Assembly: GCF_006345805.1 (NCBI RefSeq)
Contig: NC_042998.1
Coordinates: 95,728,001 to 95,792,000, forward strand
Reading direction: 5' to 3'
Length of the DNA: 64,000 nt
Source: Octopus sinensis
Taxonomy: Eukaryota
Shown here: one piece after another, positions 48,990-62,476 of the stretch
Layout: every line of letters starts with the position of its first letter
Numbering within the stretch: the first letter of the stretch is position 1
Translations under genes and position numbers: made by a program
The notes under the pieces: model-generated
The model's database searches: none
Seen by the model: only the letters and a program-made list of their open reading frames with translations
What the model was told of the DNA's origin: nothing

Positions 48990-50400
48990 ATTTTAGTTTT
49001 GTTAAGTTTTATGATAGCAGCTGATCTTCTTTGAGTGGACCCTTGTATAGTTGGCGAGCTCGGTATTTTGGTCTGGAGTTCATTCAATGTTTTCTTGATT
49101 ATTTCGATAGAAATCCCTTTTATGTTTCTGACTTCTTTAGGTAGGCAGTTGAACACTTGAGAACATCTAAATACCAGATTGTTGCAGTGTAGTGTCCATG
49201 CTCGTAAATGTGAAAGCTGACAGCATCTATCAATTCTTGCATTAAAGTTTTCTTTAATGCCAAGTGATATTCCACTAGGTCTTGCATCTAAAGCCAAATG
49301 CCATTCTTTAATTCCAAATGATATTCCAGGATTTCCATACGTACCTCGCTCTACTTCGTTCAAGAGAGTTTAGACGTTGCCAGTAATCAAGTCCTTTAAC
49401 TGATATTATTTTACTGGCGAACGTTCTTTTTAACCCTTCAGTTTCTTGTATGAATCAAGGTGTGTTTGCAGACTAAAGCTGTGAACAATTATCCAGTCTA
49501 CTCAAAGTTTTTCCATAGAATCAGCATTACTACTGGTTCTATTATGAAGGTTTTCAGGTCACTCCCTAGGAGATGGCTACATTTAGACGCCAAACTGGTG
49601 ATATGCCTGATGAATGATGCATAATTTGGTATAATTACTCTTAAGACCCGTATTTTATTAGAGCTATCACTTGCGGGGTTAGCTGGTGTAAAATAATTTG
49701 TATTGTGCGTGTCAATTCCATAATGAAGATTTAACTCATTCTGGAGTGTGAGAGCAACTTTTGCAGTTTAGATAGCAATTGATACTTTTGTATCATCGGC
49801 GTTACTCATTAGATTGTCTGAGAGTTTCTGTTAGCTTATGCCTAATAGGATGATGATAAATAATAGTGGTCCTAGAACCGTACCTTGTGTTACACTACTT
49901 ATTACAGGTGACTCGGCAGAGAGGAGACTGTTTGCAGTAACAGATTAATTCCTATCACATAAAAGTTAAAGAATCATACATTGAGCTTTCCTGTTATACT
50001 AAAATGCTATGACAGATAACTCCATGGTCAATCTTGTCAAAGACTCCTGAGATCCAGACTACAAATGCATACTCGGCGAGTAACCGAGTTTACGTTTTTA
50101 ATACAACAATTTAGTCGATGTTGCCACACATTTTTTCCTTTCTTGGTTTCCTACAAGTTTTCTTTGAGTACATTTGGTGTGCCTTTTCGGCGATTCTATT
50201 GATGTGGGGCTTCTGTTGTAATTTGGATACTTTAGAAGTGATTTATAAGTTTTGCTTCTTGAATTTGTTCGAGAAGTTATCCACGCGGATTGTATTTTCA
50301 TTTGTATGAATTAAACACTATTGGCCAAGTTTTCTCTCAGACAGCAACTGTATCCGTATATATTCGCATCTTGGAATCTGGAGATGCATTACCTGCAGTA
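48990..50400 (-). mobile_element. Decayed CR1-group LINE (RT and C-terminus)
   Basis: Minus-strand SVTQGTVLGPLLFII and NADDTK (RT motifs), and QVFNCLPKEVRNI...KKTLNELQTKIP. Confidence 0.75.
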
Positions 50401-50428
50401 ATGTTCACGGTGGATGGTGAGGAGGTTG

Positions 50429-50658
50429 GCGGCAAGCTGGCAGAAACGTTAGCGTGCCGGGCGAAATGCTTAGCGGTATTTCGGCTGGCGCAACGTTGTG
50501 AGTTCAAATTCCGCTGAGGTCGACTTTGCCTTTCATCCTTTCGGGGTCGATAAATTAAGTACCAGTTACGCACTGGGGTCGATGTAATCGACTTAATAAT
50601 TATGTCTGTCCTTGTTTGTCCCCTCTGTGTTTAGCCCCTTGTGGGTAGTAAAGAAATA
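50429..50658 (+). mobile_element. Young full-length SINE family B with 17-bp TSD
   Basis: TSD GGATGGTGAGGAGGTTG at 50412-50428 and 50659-50675. Confidence 0.9.
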
Positions 50659-51230
50659 GGATGGTGAGGAGGTTGTCCGATCCAGGCGACACTTCTATGG
50701 GTGTGGTGGTGGCCCCTTTGGATCTGTTACATAAACCTGTATAGACTGTATCGTCCAGGAAGGGATGGCAGAGCTAAGAGTTGCCCCGGGCGGCACATGC
50801 ACTAGCTATGCCACTAGTGCAGACAGGTTATTTGAGTATTATTTGGAGGTAAAAAAAAAAAACATAAAGTACATAAGATAGTACTTCAATGGGATTCTGG
50901 GTTTAATTAATTATAATTTTGGACACCGTAGTGCTACCAGCAAATCTTTCACCAAAATAGTAACTGAAACTTGTAAGAAACGGGAATATCAGGTAGACTA
51001 CAAAGTCAGACTATTCACAATACCACCAAACGTAAACTCGGCAACTTGCAGAATATCAATTTCCATATCCTGATTCCCTCTTGAAGGAAAAAAAGCAATG
51101 GTGAGTATAAAAAAATTAATTGATCAGATACAAAATTTTCACCGCGAATTTTGTGGTGAAAACTTTCACACACACAAACTGAAACATAAATACACACACG
51201 GCAGCACACATGCACATTCGTAGCTTGTAC

Positions 51231-51275
<45 letters not shown>

Positions 51276-51453
51276 CCTATCACTCCATCCAGCTCTTACT
51301 CTCATTCTTTCTCTCTCGCATGTGTGCACTCTATACACATACGCATATGTATATATATATGTGTGTGTGTGTGTCTATATGCATACACACACTCATATGT
51401 CTCATATATATATATATATTATATATATATATATATATATGCATACAGACACA

Positions 51454-51498
<45 letters not shown>

Positions 51499-51689
51499 GA
51501 CACATAGAACAGTTCCAATACTGAAACTTCATGCGGAAAACCCAATAAGGAAGGCAATAAAAAGCAACCATGAACGAAGATACCCAGGTTCATAGAGATG
51601 GTCAAATCGAGAAAGGAAGGAACACGAAAATCTAGAAAAAACAAACAAACAACAAATAAACAACAAACAAAAACAAAACCAAAAAAGCT

Positions 51690-53520
51690 GCTCCTGCTAT
51701 ATTAAACGCTTTATAAGTCAATACTGTGGAATACAATATTGACTTATACAGCGTTTAATATACTTTGTCGTACATGATGGCTGCGTAACGAAATACGGAG
51801 TCCCTACTATTCAGTAATATGAAACAGAAATAATTCATGTCAATAATGAGAGCCATATGCGTTAAATTTATCCCAGAGAAGAGAGTCACTACATACAAAA
51901 ACATCATTCCCCGCGAGAGGAGAGTCTTTATGAGACGGGGAATAAAGATCTCCAATCTCTTAAGTAGATAACCTAATGACAGCGAAAAATCGCTCCTGAA
52001 ATAGGCGCTTCTAGAGATTGAAAATAAACTCAAACTCTCTCATGAAAAGGAAAAGGTAGAAAGAGAAACGGGGCAGTGGAAACATAAAAATGAATTCAAA
52101 AGCCTTCTATTGCGAAATAATCTGCCTCAATGCACTACAAGATAGGACAACTGTCAGAGGAAGACGGCTCGTTAACTACAAACCTTAATAGGATAATTGA
52201 AGTGCTAAATAAACAATTCCAGAGTATCTTTGCCTCTCCACTGAGAAACATGCAAATAAGTGAACCTAAAGAGTTTTTCAACATTGCTGACCTAGATGGG
52301 AAAGAGGCAACCATCAATTACATAGACATAAAAGAGGAAGATGTGATATAAGTCATTGATGAGATGAACTCCAACTCAGCAACGGGCCCAAATGGATTTC
52401 CAGCTGTTCTAAACACATGCAAGAAAGCTCTCGCAAAACCACTGTAGATACTTTTTCAGAGTTTCCGTGCATGTGGTAAACTTCGTAAAGTGTTAAAAAG
52501 AAAGTATCACATGCCTTGTTCACAAAAGAGGAAGTGGAGCAGATGCTAAAACTTACAGGCCTACCTGTCTGACTTCACAAGTTAGCAAAGTCATGGACCA
52601 CACTGTCAGATGGAGACTGATTCCTGGAAGAGAATAACTTATTTACAAACACACAACATGGTTTCTGCTCGGGGAAGAGCTACACCACATAGCTACTGCA
52701 ACATTACAACTCGGTTGTGAAACAGTAGCTCAATCACTCATATGTGGATGTGATATATCTCGACTCTGTCAAAGGCCTTTGACAAAGCTGATCATAAAAC
52801 TACACGACCTTGGTATCGCAGGAAAACTGAGAGGGTGCCTGCATGACTTTTTAAAGATAGAAGTCAGACAGTCGCAGCCAATGGTGCTCTCTCTGGGGAG
52901 ACATCAATCCGCAGCAGAGTCTCTCAAGGAACTATACTGGAACTACTACTGTTTGTGGTGGCTCTCTCAGAGATATACCCAGCTGTACAGTCAACCACTC
53001 CCACCAGCTACGCTAATGGTACAAACATATCACTAGGTCAACGACACATTAAAACTACAAAACGACTTGCATGCAATATACAAATGCGCTGGCAAAAATA
53101 TTAGGCAGTTCAATACTGAGAAGTTTCAAGCATTCTTCTATCGGCCCATAAACGGACTATAGTTAGAATACACCGGACCAAGGGTAGTGCAATCCCAGAG
53201 TTAGAATCGGTGCGTAACATGGGTAAATGATGCAACATTTCATGTGCATATTATTACCAAGATGGCAACGTTGTGTGGTGAGCAGCTTGATGGATTCTTA
53301 GATCATTCAGAACCAGAAATAAGGATACTTTGCTATTCCTATTGAGAACTTTTGTTTTCAGTCGCCTGGGTTACTGCTTCCAACTGTGGTCGCCGTAGAG
53401 TGTCAAATTGGTGGTGGAACTTGGAGGCAATCCAGCGCCACTACACAAAGAAGATTGACTCGCTGAAACAAATGAGCTACTGGGAGAGGCTAAAAGAACT
53501 GAGACTCTACTGCCTCAAGA
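51690..53520 (+). mobile_element. Decayed CR1-group LINE ORF2 (RT)
   Basis: GPNGFPAV, YRPTCLTSQVSKVM, QHGF, VDVIYLD, YANGT (decayed YADDT) and LEAIQRHYTKKI..MSYWERLKELRLY, with many frameshifts. Confidence 0.85.
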
Positions 53521-53753
53521 ACTGTGCGACAGTATCCTATGACTTTGTGCGTGGGGTGTACTGTAATTCACTGTATAGTTTCCCACCAAGGAGAGAGCGG
53601 TTCAGGGTGTGTCGGAAAAATCGCTGTTATAAACAAAGCTTCCAGTATACTCTATCTTTCGTGTCCATTATTTCTATTATATACATGTGAATGTGTGTGT
53701 GTGTGTGGTGTGTGTGTGTGTGTTGGTATATGTATATGTATACATATATATTT

Positions 53754-53784
<31 letters not shown>

Positions 53785-53839
53785 TATATATTATTGCACA
53801 TTAAATGAGTTACACTAACTGGAATATTGCTATCAGTAT

Positions 53840-54069
53840 ACTCTTTTACTCTTTTACTCTTTTACTTGTTTCAGTCATTTGACTGCGGCCATGCTGGAGC
53901 ACCACCTTTTAGTCGAGCAAATCGACCCCGGGACTTATTCTTTGTAAGCCCAGTACTTATTCTATTGGTCTCTTTTGCCGAACCGCTAAGTGACGGGGAT
54001 GTAAACACACCAGCATCGGTTGTCAAGCAATGCTAGGGGGACAAACACAGACACACAAACACACACATA

Positions 54070-54103
<34 letters not shown>

Positions 54104-54270
54104 TACGACGGGCTTCTTTTCAGTTTCCGTCTACCAAATCCACTCACAAGGCATTGGTCGGCCCGGGGCTATAGCAGAAGACACTTGCCCAAAATGCCAC
54201 GCAGTGGGACTGAACCCGGAACCATGTGGTTGGTTAGCAAGCTACTTACCACACAGTCACTCCTGCGCCT
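53840..54270 (-). mobile_element. SINE family A, full length and young
   Basis: Reverse complement of 2281-2660, with a (ctttta)n tail and CpGs intact. Confidence 0.9.
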
Positions 54271-54365
54271 ATCAGTATGTTCAATGTCTACATAAACATA
54301 TATTCACATAATGTGCGCGCGCGTGTGTGCGTCTATAAACACACACGCATCTACATACCCACACA

Positions 54366-54877
54366 TGTATGTATGTATGTATGTATGTATGTATGTATGT
54401 ATGTATGTATGTATGTATGTATGTTTGTATGTATGTATGTATGTTTGTATGTATGTATGTTTGTATGTATGTATGTATGTATGTATGTATGTATGTAGTA
54501 TGTATGTATGTATGTATATGTATGTATGTATGTATGTTTGTATGTATGTATGTATGTTTGTATGTATGTATGTTTGTATGTATGTATGTATGTATGTATG
54601 TATGTATGTATATGTATGTATGTATGTATGTATGTTTGTATGTATGTATGTATGTTTGTATGTATGTATGTTTGTATGTATGTATGTATGTATGTATGTA
54701 TGTATGTATGTATGTATAATGTATGTATGTATGTATGTATGTATGTATGTTTGAATGTTTGTATGTATGTATGTATGTTTGTATGTATGTATGTATGTAT
54801 GTTTGTATGTTTGTATGTATGTATGTATGTTTGTATGTTTGTATGTATGTATGTATGTATGTATGTATGTATGTATG
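54366..54877. repeat. ~510-bp (TATG)n microsatellite with TTTG variants
   Basis: Direct reading. Confidence 0.95.
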
Positions 54878-55754
54878 AATATACGTATATACACAATTGT
54901 GTAGTATAGTCATATCTACTTCAGAAATGCTTTGAAGTGGTTATTGTCGCATAGTCAGGTATTTTTTGCTTTGACACATGACATAATTGTTGACGTTCGT
55001 AGTCGTTTTCCCTTGAAGGTCATTTATCTTTTGTTATAGCTAAAATGCCAGCATATTTGATGCATGTTTATGTATCTCAAATAAACATTTCAGTTATTTA
55101 TTTGACTGTTTTAGTCACTAGACTGCGGCCATGCTGGAGCAACGTCTTCTAGAGTTTAGTCGGACAAATTAACACTAGTGCTTTTTTTTTAACGTCTGAT
55201 ACTTTGGCCGAACCGTTAAGTTAGAGGGACAGAAACAAACCACCAAAGCACTGCTACTCCTACGCCTATACAGATATACACACACACACACACACACACA
55301 CTCACACATACACACACAGACACACACATACATACATACATACATACATACATACATACATACATACATACATACATACAAACAAAACTACCCCGTTGTT
55401 AATGTTGAAATTCCAATGAAGAAGCCTTGGATCTAGGTTAGAAACCGGTTCTTTATTGGCAAGAAATATTGAAAGAAACTGAATACACATATGTATATGT
55501 ATGTATGCATAAATCTCTCTCTCTTTTTTTTTTAATGTACAAGTACACATACAGATGCATAAAAATGCGACTTTATTCTGCTTTTAACTTTCTCATGACG
55601 GCTTTTTTCCCATTATTTTCGGATGTGTTCCTTGCAGTTTGTTTAAAACAGAAAATTTTCTAAAACCACAACATATATGATGCACTGGCATATGATATGT
55701 ATGATGCGCATGACCTAATGATGCACTGGTGAACATACATACATACGTATATAA

Positions 55755-56015
55755 TTACGGCCGTCTGCTCGTTAGATGAGCATGACCATTGCTGACAGTT
55801 CAGTGTCAGCTATACCCGTGCAAGAGTTTTAAGTCGGGCACGGCTTGCGCAGTACCACAACGACTCTCACTGGCAATACCAAGAAGCTAGAGACAAGCGA
55901 AGTGCAAGATGTCTGGCTCAGTAGGGCAACGGGTTTTATGTCGGAGTCAGTCTTCTTCTAGAAGACCAGGGGTCCCTCACTCCCAGCGGGCTTACTGCGT
56001 CTTCTGATACCAACC
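55755..56015 (-). mobile_element. Probable RTE-derived non-autonomous element
   Basis: 3' end ggtcatgctcatctaacgagcagacggcc next to a tatg tail. A related end occurs at ~56283-56315. Confidence 0.45.
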
Positions 56016-56744
56016 AGTGTATTTTGTACATCCCGTCGTTCATATGTTGGTTAATCAATAGTTGAGACCCTGATAGATGCTACTACTCCGGCTCAGAGTA
56101 GACTTGGGAACAACTATGACTAAGAGATGGTTCCACACTCCTCGAAACCCTGGAACTCCTAAATCAGAGTCCCACTACCGGATCCCCGTTGAAAGTCATA
56201 CCCAGAACGCATATACAAACATTTATGCATCCAGGCATACATCCAAACATGCATACGTGCAGGCAATCATACTTACATACATGGTGGCTGTCAACTCGTA
56301 GATGAGTATGACCATCTGATAAATGATTTTACTTTAGATGTCAAAGAGAACGGCTGGCAACGATGCGCTGAAATTTGACGTCAATAACATCATGCGCAAC
56401 GCCGCTAAAACTCTCACCGACAGAGTTAAGTAGTTCAGAAGCAAGGAAGAGCAATATCTACGGTTTCGCAATGAAGTGGGTGTTATTTCGGAATTTCCTT
56501 TTCCGAAAGAGCTGTCTAAATGGTGACTAAGGCTCTCCACTCTCAGCTGTTGGATGGCTATTGACTCAACTTTGTTCATCCATTCTTGGTTAGATTTTGC
56601 TTTTCATCCTATTGGGTGTCCAATGAAAGTCACTCTCTTTACTAAGCAGGCTTAGTAACGTTATAGGTTTAGTCACCGAGGATTTCGCTAAGCGACAGGT
56701 TGTACTGGATTACATTTTACCAGTAGCATTAAGAGTAAGCGGGT

Positions 56745-56759
56745 CATCCATCCAGCCAT

Positions 56760-56790
<31 letters not shown>

Positions 56791-56925
56791 TCCAGCCATC
56801 CATCCATCCATCCATCCATCCATCCATCCAGCCAGCCATCCATCTATCCATCCAGCCAGCCAGCCAGCCAGCCAAACAGCCAACCAGCCACCCAGCCACC
56901 CAGCCACCCAGCTACCCAGCCAGCC
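56745..56925. repeat. (CCAT/CCAG)n compound microsatellite
   Basis: Direct reading. Confidence 0.9.
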
Positions 56926-58302
56926 ACAGACACAAATATAAATAAATGCATGCGTCCATACATTTCGATCTTGAATTATTTTACAAATCTTGATACGATG
57001 GGTGTGGAGGTGGGTTAAGAAGTTCGCTTTGCAGCCGATAAGTGACGTGTTCGATCCCACTTTGTAGCATTTGACCAGATGTCATTTTCCATAGTCTCGG
57101 TCGCCCCATACCTTGAGAATGAAAATGGGTGTACGGAAACTGCATAGAAGCCCACTGGATGGATTGTTTCTTCAACCGGCCACTACAGTCTTCTTACATG
57201 TAGTCAGACTGATTTTGATTACGAATCACGTTAAGGGTACAAATGTCTGTAGAACGCATAACCTCTTGCTCGTTAATACAAGAACAGGTAATTCGCTTTG
57301 ACCGAACAACCGAATTCTCATCTTCGCACGATAGAGATCCACCAATCCCGCGGAGTTTGTTTGATAAGTAACCGCATATAGAGTTACAGAAGGTCGCAGA
57401 ATGCTGTGTACAACAATGTTTATTGAGAAAGATAAAACTGTCACGCCAACGAATCGTGAAGCAACGTGCGTCACACACACACGCACACACAAAACACACA
57501 TGTATGTATGTGTGTGTGCGTGCGCGTGTGTGCGAGCGTGTGTCCCGTGGCATACAACAGGTGAAAAACAGAGTAAAGTCTATCATGATAGCGATAACAG
57601 AAAGTGAAATTTGGCCGTGGCTATTAATCATAGATTATATCTATCAGGCTGGATGGCCTGATTTAAAAAATCTATTGTCTTTATTTTATATAGATTCTTA
57701 AATTCTTTCATTAGTTTAAAGTTATTGGGCTGCAGCCATGTTGGTATATTGCCTTGAGCCGTTTACTTGCTCAAAACGAATTCGCCAGTACATTTTATTT
57801 ATTTATGCATCTATTTTAGTTCACGAGTTTGGTACCACTTCTATCGGTCACTTTTACCGAAGTATTTGTTTAGGTGGACGAAAACAAACCAACACCGGAT
57901 GTGGAACGGTGATAAAATAAAGGCACTCGCATAGACTCCATGTGTGTGTGTGGAGGGGAATGTGTAAATATATCAGTTATGAAGTGCGACACAGCCAAAG
58001 TTCGAGCTCAGTAGAAGGTCCCACACTCCATTACTATTTCCAATACGGTACAATGCGGGCCATCAAACCATAGGCTACGTTAGTGTGCAGAATTACGAGC
58101 AACGTTATATTATTAATAAGATACAGAAAACATATATTTTAGTTTATGCTTTATATAGCGTACATTCATTTCTGTAACTGACAGCCAGGATTACATAATT
58201 GTTTTTTAAAACATTTTATAATCTTGTTAATGCACCTCTTCGGTGTTTAACAAAAAAATCCCAATGAATGGTGGTAAATGTGTGTGTGTGTGTGTGTGTG
58301 TG

Positions 58303-58531
58303 TGTATAATACAAAATGGGACAAGAACCGAAAACATCCAGGCAATTAGGTGATACAAAAAAGGGGACAGCAAAACATCCAGATAGACGATACAAATAAA
58401 ACAAGGACGGGTCATTCGGAGTTTTCTTTCCTCAGTCGAGTTCCAGATTATCTTTGCAATTTCGGCTGGTCCCCTTTTTTGTATCACTTAACTGTCTGGA
58501 TGTTTTGCGTTCTTGTCCCATTTTATATTTT

Positions 58532-58535
<4 letters not shown>
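58303..58535 (-). mobile_element. Inverted repeat (~65-bp arms) with central hammerhead-like relic (Penelope-like)
   Basis: Arms 58303-58368 and 58469-58535. Minus-strand centre has gcCGAAAttgcaa and CTGAGGAaagaaaactcCGAA. Confidence 0.5.
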
Positions 58536-58582
<47 letters not shown>

Positions 58583-58584
<2 letters not shown>

Positions 58585-59014
58585 AGCTTTTCGGTTTGAA
58601 CGGCAGTTTTTTCTAGCGGTGTCATATGAAATTGTCACCCATAATTATGACCCTAGTATCGATCTATTGCATTTCAATCTATTTTAGGGTTAGGGTTAAT
58701 TAGGGTTAGGGTTAGGGGTGGAGGAAGGGTATCTTTTTTTTCTTCACAAATGTAAATAAACCCAATCTGTTTCTTAAACGAGGGACATATTCATACGGCA
58801 CCGAATGTTGTTTACCTCAACAGACGTCAGTGATTGGTTGAAATTGTCGAAATTGAAGAAAAAAAACAACAAATATCTTACAAACTATAGAATTTTCTCA
58901 ATAAAACCAAGAGAAAAAAATGTTTTATTAACACATTCTACCAGTATACGAAGTTTAAAATTATTAGTTACCTAGAAATTATGTTAAAAACTGCCGTTCA
59001 AACCGAAAATATCC
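58583..59014. mobile_element. MITE (432 bp) in (TA)n carrying internal TTAGGG repeats
   Basis: 29-bp TIRs, 27/29 identical (GGAGCTTTTCGGTTTGAACGGCAGTTTTT / AAAAACTGCCGTTCAAACCGAAAATATCC), with TA flanks. Confidence 0.88.
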
Positions 59015-60158
59015 TATATATATATATAAATGCATGTACACACACACACACACACAAGCATCTGTGTGTGTGTGTGAGTGAATCAATTTAGTCATTCTGC
59101 TGTCATTCGAATGGAAAAAGGAAAAGAAGTGGGCACTAAATCAATCAACATCCAACTACAAAACAAACGGTGGTGGCGGCGACGATGACCATAACGAGGT
59201 TGACGACTGGATTACTTTGTCATCTCGCGACCATTTAAAATCAGAAACCGAATACTGAATCAATCAACATTTGTCTTCAAATCGTACGATGGAACCCCTA
59301 CTCGGTCGCTCGACCTGCGAAAATTCTTACGAAATCTCTCTCATATTGAACTTTGCTCCGTTGAGAAGGAAGTAATGCATTAGATAATAAGTGGTATCTA
59401 AGGGAAGAACAGGGCAGTCGCGAGTGAAATGCTCTTGATCATAGATCAACTCAGACAGGGTTAACCAAGGACAACGACAGCGATGACTACGACGGCAAAA
59501 TCTGCTCCATAATGTCATAAATACTAGCTTTTGAAAAGGCTGCTATTTATTAACTCAGCAAATGTCGATGGAGTAAGGGCGTGCTTCGAAGGAGGCGACT
59601 GTGTGAACCATTCCTTTTTTATAAATAACACTTGTTGAATAAGATAGAGATGAAGTACTGCCAACGTACCTCATAAAAGTGATTAGTTAATGATTGTATT
59701 TAAATACATAGGTTGACTCAATAAAATGGAATGTATGAAATAAAGTGTGAGAAGCATATATATATATATAATATAATGGCTTATCACTTCGGGGCAGAAT
59801 GTGCGTAGGTAACAGTTTGAACAAAAGACACAAAGCCTAATACTGTCGATATGTAAATACTGCTCGCAAGACACTTTATTGAAATTGCAAGGAGAAGAAA
59901 GACATTGTTTAGAAAGCTTAATATGCTAGAAATCTCATGATCAGCATTATCCTTTCACATCTCATCCTGTCACATTACTAACAACGCAATAAGCACTTCA
60001 TTATTAAGTAAATGAGAAATATGTTAAACGTCTATGGAAAATGCATACAGTTATTAAGATAGTCAAGAAGGTGTTGTGAATCATGAAGATTAGGAATTGT
60101 GTTATTGAAATGAAGACAAGTTATATATATATTACCAGAAGCATAGCTGTACTTTATT

Positions 60159-60561
60159 TATTTCTATATTGCCTATAGGAAACCAAACATAGAGGGTGCA
60201 AACAAGGACAGACATAGGGATTAAGCCGATTACATCTACCCCAGTACGTAACTAGTACTTATTTAATTGACCCCCGAAAGAATGAAAGGCAAAGTCGACC
60301 TCGGCGGAATTTGAACTCAGAACGAAATACCTATTTCTTTACTACCCACAAGGAGCTAAACACAGAGAGGACAAACAAGGACAGACAAACGGATTAAGCC
60401 GATTATACCGACCTCAGTGCGTAACTGGTACTTATTTAATCGACCCCGAAAGGTGAAAGGCAAAGTCGACCTCGGCGGAATTTGAACTCAGAACGTAACG
60501 GCAGACGAAATACCGCTAAGCATTTCGCCCCTCGTGCTAACGATTCTGCCAGTTCGCCGCC
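60159..60561 (-). mobile_element. Dimeric SINE family B insertion within a single 17-bp TSD
   Basis: CATAGCTGTACTTTATT at 60142-60158 and 60562-60578. Confidence 0.85.
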
Positions 60562-60744
60562 CATAGCTGTACTTTATTGGCATTAACAGTTTGGTTGAGA
60601 GAACGTGCCTCAGGTAGGAGAGCATTCTACATAATAAATACGAAGGTAACAGGGTCGCATATATATAATATATAGCTAGGTGAAAAATTTAGTCAACTGA
60701 TTTATCTGAGCAATTAGTAGACAAAATCCTGCTCTCGGATCTTG

Positions 60745-61110
60745 TATCTTTTATCATTTACTCGTTTCAGTCATAAGACTGCGGTCATGCTGGAGCACTG
60801 CCCTTAGGGTTTTAGTCGAACAAATAGAACTCAGTACTTATTCTTGATCCTGGTACTTATTCCAATGGTCTCTTTTGCAGAACTGTTAAGTTGTCAAGCG
60901 ATGATGGAGGACAAAAAGAAACACACAACGCATACGCATGCACGCACACACACCCACACGCACAGACACACACACACACACATACACACACGGCGAGTTT
61001 CTTTCAGTTTCTATTTACCAAATCTACTCACGATGCTTTGTTCTGTCTGAAGCTATACTAGAAAACACTTGCTAAAGGTGCCACGCAGTGGAACTGGCCC
61101 GAAGGTCACA
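60745..61110 (-). mobile_element. SINE family A, degenerate
   Basis: tttcagtcat..gctggagcactgcc..ggtgccacgcagtgg. Confidence 0.75.
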
Positions 61111-61970
61111 TGGTAGGGTAACAAAGACAAGGAAAATGCCTCTACTAAAACTCATTTCAGTCTCTATTGTCCATATAGTTCCAAAAATTCCATCGTATTG
61201 GAATTATCTCTTTCTCTCTTGGTTATCATTTTTTAGATTTTAATCAGTTTTAGTGGGAGTTTTTGTCTACTGATTGCTTGGATAACCCCAGCTGATCGAA
61301 GTTTTTTCAACCCGCTACATTGTTTAAATGTGACCCTGTATTATATGTAATTATTGTTTCAGAGATATATTAAATATCGGAATGTGTATGTAGTGACCAA
61401 ACTAACACTTTATTACTATCAAACTATGAAAGTAATCCGTTAAAAACCTTAATTAAGCAAGTGTCAAATAGCATTACAAGATACTGTGTATTTATCTGAA
61501 CTGAACACCAATACAAATCTAATTAATCCAATTACGCAAAGAAAAAAAAGAAAGAAAAAAAGGTTCATTCTCTACTATGAAAACAAACATTGAACGAGTC
61601 CTGGGCACGACATAAGCTTACGAAGATTGAATCATTCACATGTTCAATAAGTTTTCTTTAAATTTCAACAAGATTAATTGCAGAAAATCTCGTTAATATT
61701 AATCACTGCCCAACATTTTTTTTTTCTTTCGTCAAATGCTTTTACTCTCATATTTGTCTCAGTTATTGGTCTGTGGCCACGTTGGAGCACTGCTTGAAGT
61801 GTTGAGTCGAACAAATCAAGTCCAGTGCATAGTTTTAAGTTTGGCAATTTCTGTATCGTTTTCATTTTTCTTTTTTGCCGAATTGCTCACTTACAAGAGA
61901 CGTAAACAAACCAACACAGTTGTCAAGTGGTAGTGATGGTCAAACACAAAAATAGTGTCACTTACATATG

Positions 61971-62004
<34 letters not shown>

Positions 62005-62160
62005 TGTATGTATGTATGTGTGTTTGTATGTATGTATGTATACACACATATATATGTATGTATATATGCATGTATATACATACATACACACATATATATA
62101 TATGTATGTGTGTGTTTACGTGTATATATATATATATATATATAATATATTATATATATA

Positions 62161-62231
<71 letters not shown>

Positions 62232-62333
62232 AATATATATAGATATATATCAATAATACAGTGATTGTTTCTTGTCAGGAACAAAAAGATTAATAGGACT
62301 GCTATAGAAGTGCTCTATTGAAAGAGACAAAAA

Positions 62334-62438
62334 TATCAAACTAAAATTATTGAACAAACAAATGCAAGGTCATCCGCATATCATTTCATGATATGCGGAT
62401 GACCTTGCATTTGTTTGTTCAATAATTTTAGTTTGATA
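62334..62438. repeat. Perfect palindrome, 51-bp arms with 3-nt loop
   Basis: 62334-62384 is the exact reverse complement of 62388-62438. The loop is TTC. Confidence 0.93.
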
Positions 62439-62476
62439 AATATATATATATATATTATAATATATATATATATATA

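Noticed and set aside
54277-54913. Long MYVC/HTYI ORFs here and YI-repeat ORFs throughout
   Set aside because: Stop-free simple repeats (TATG)n and (TA)n, not genes.
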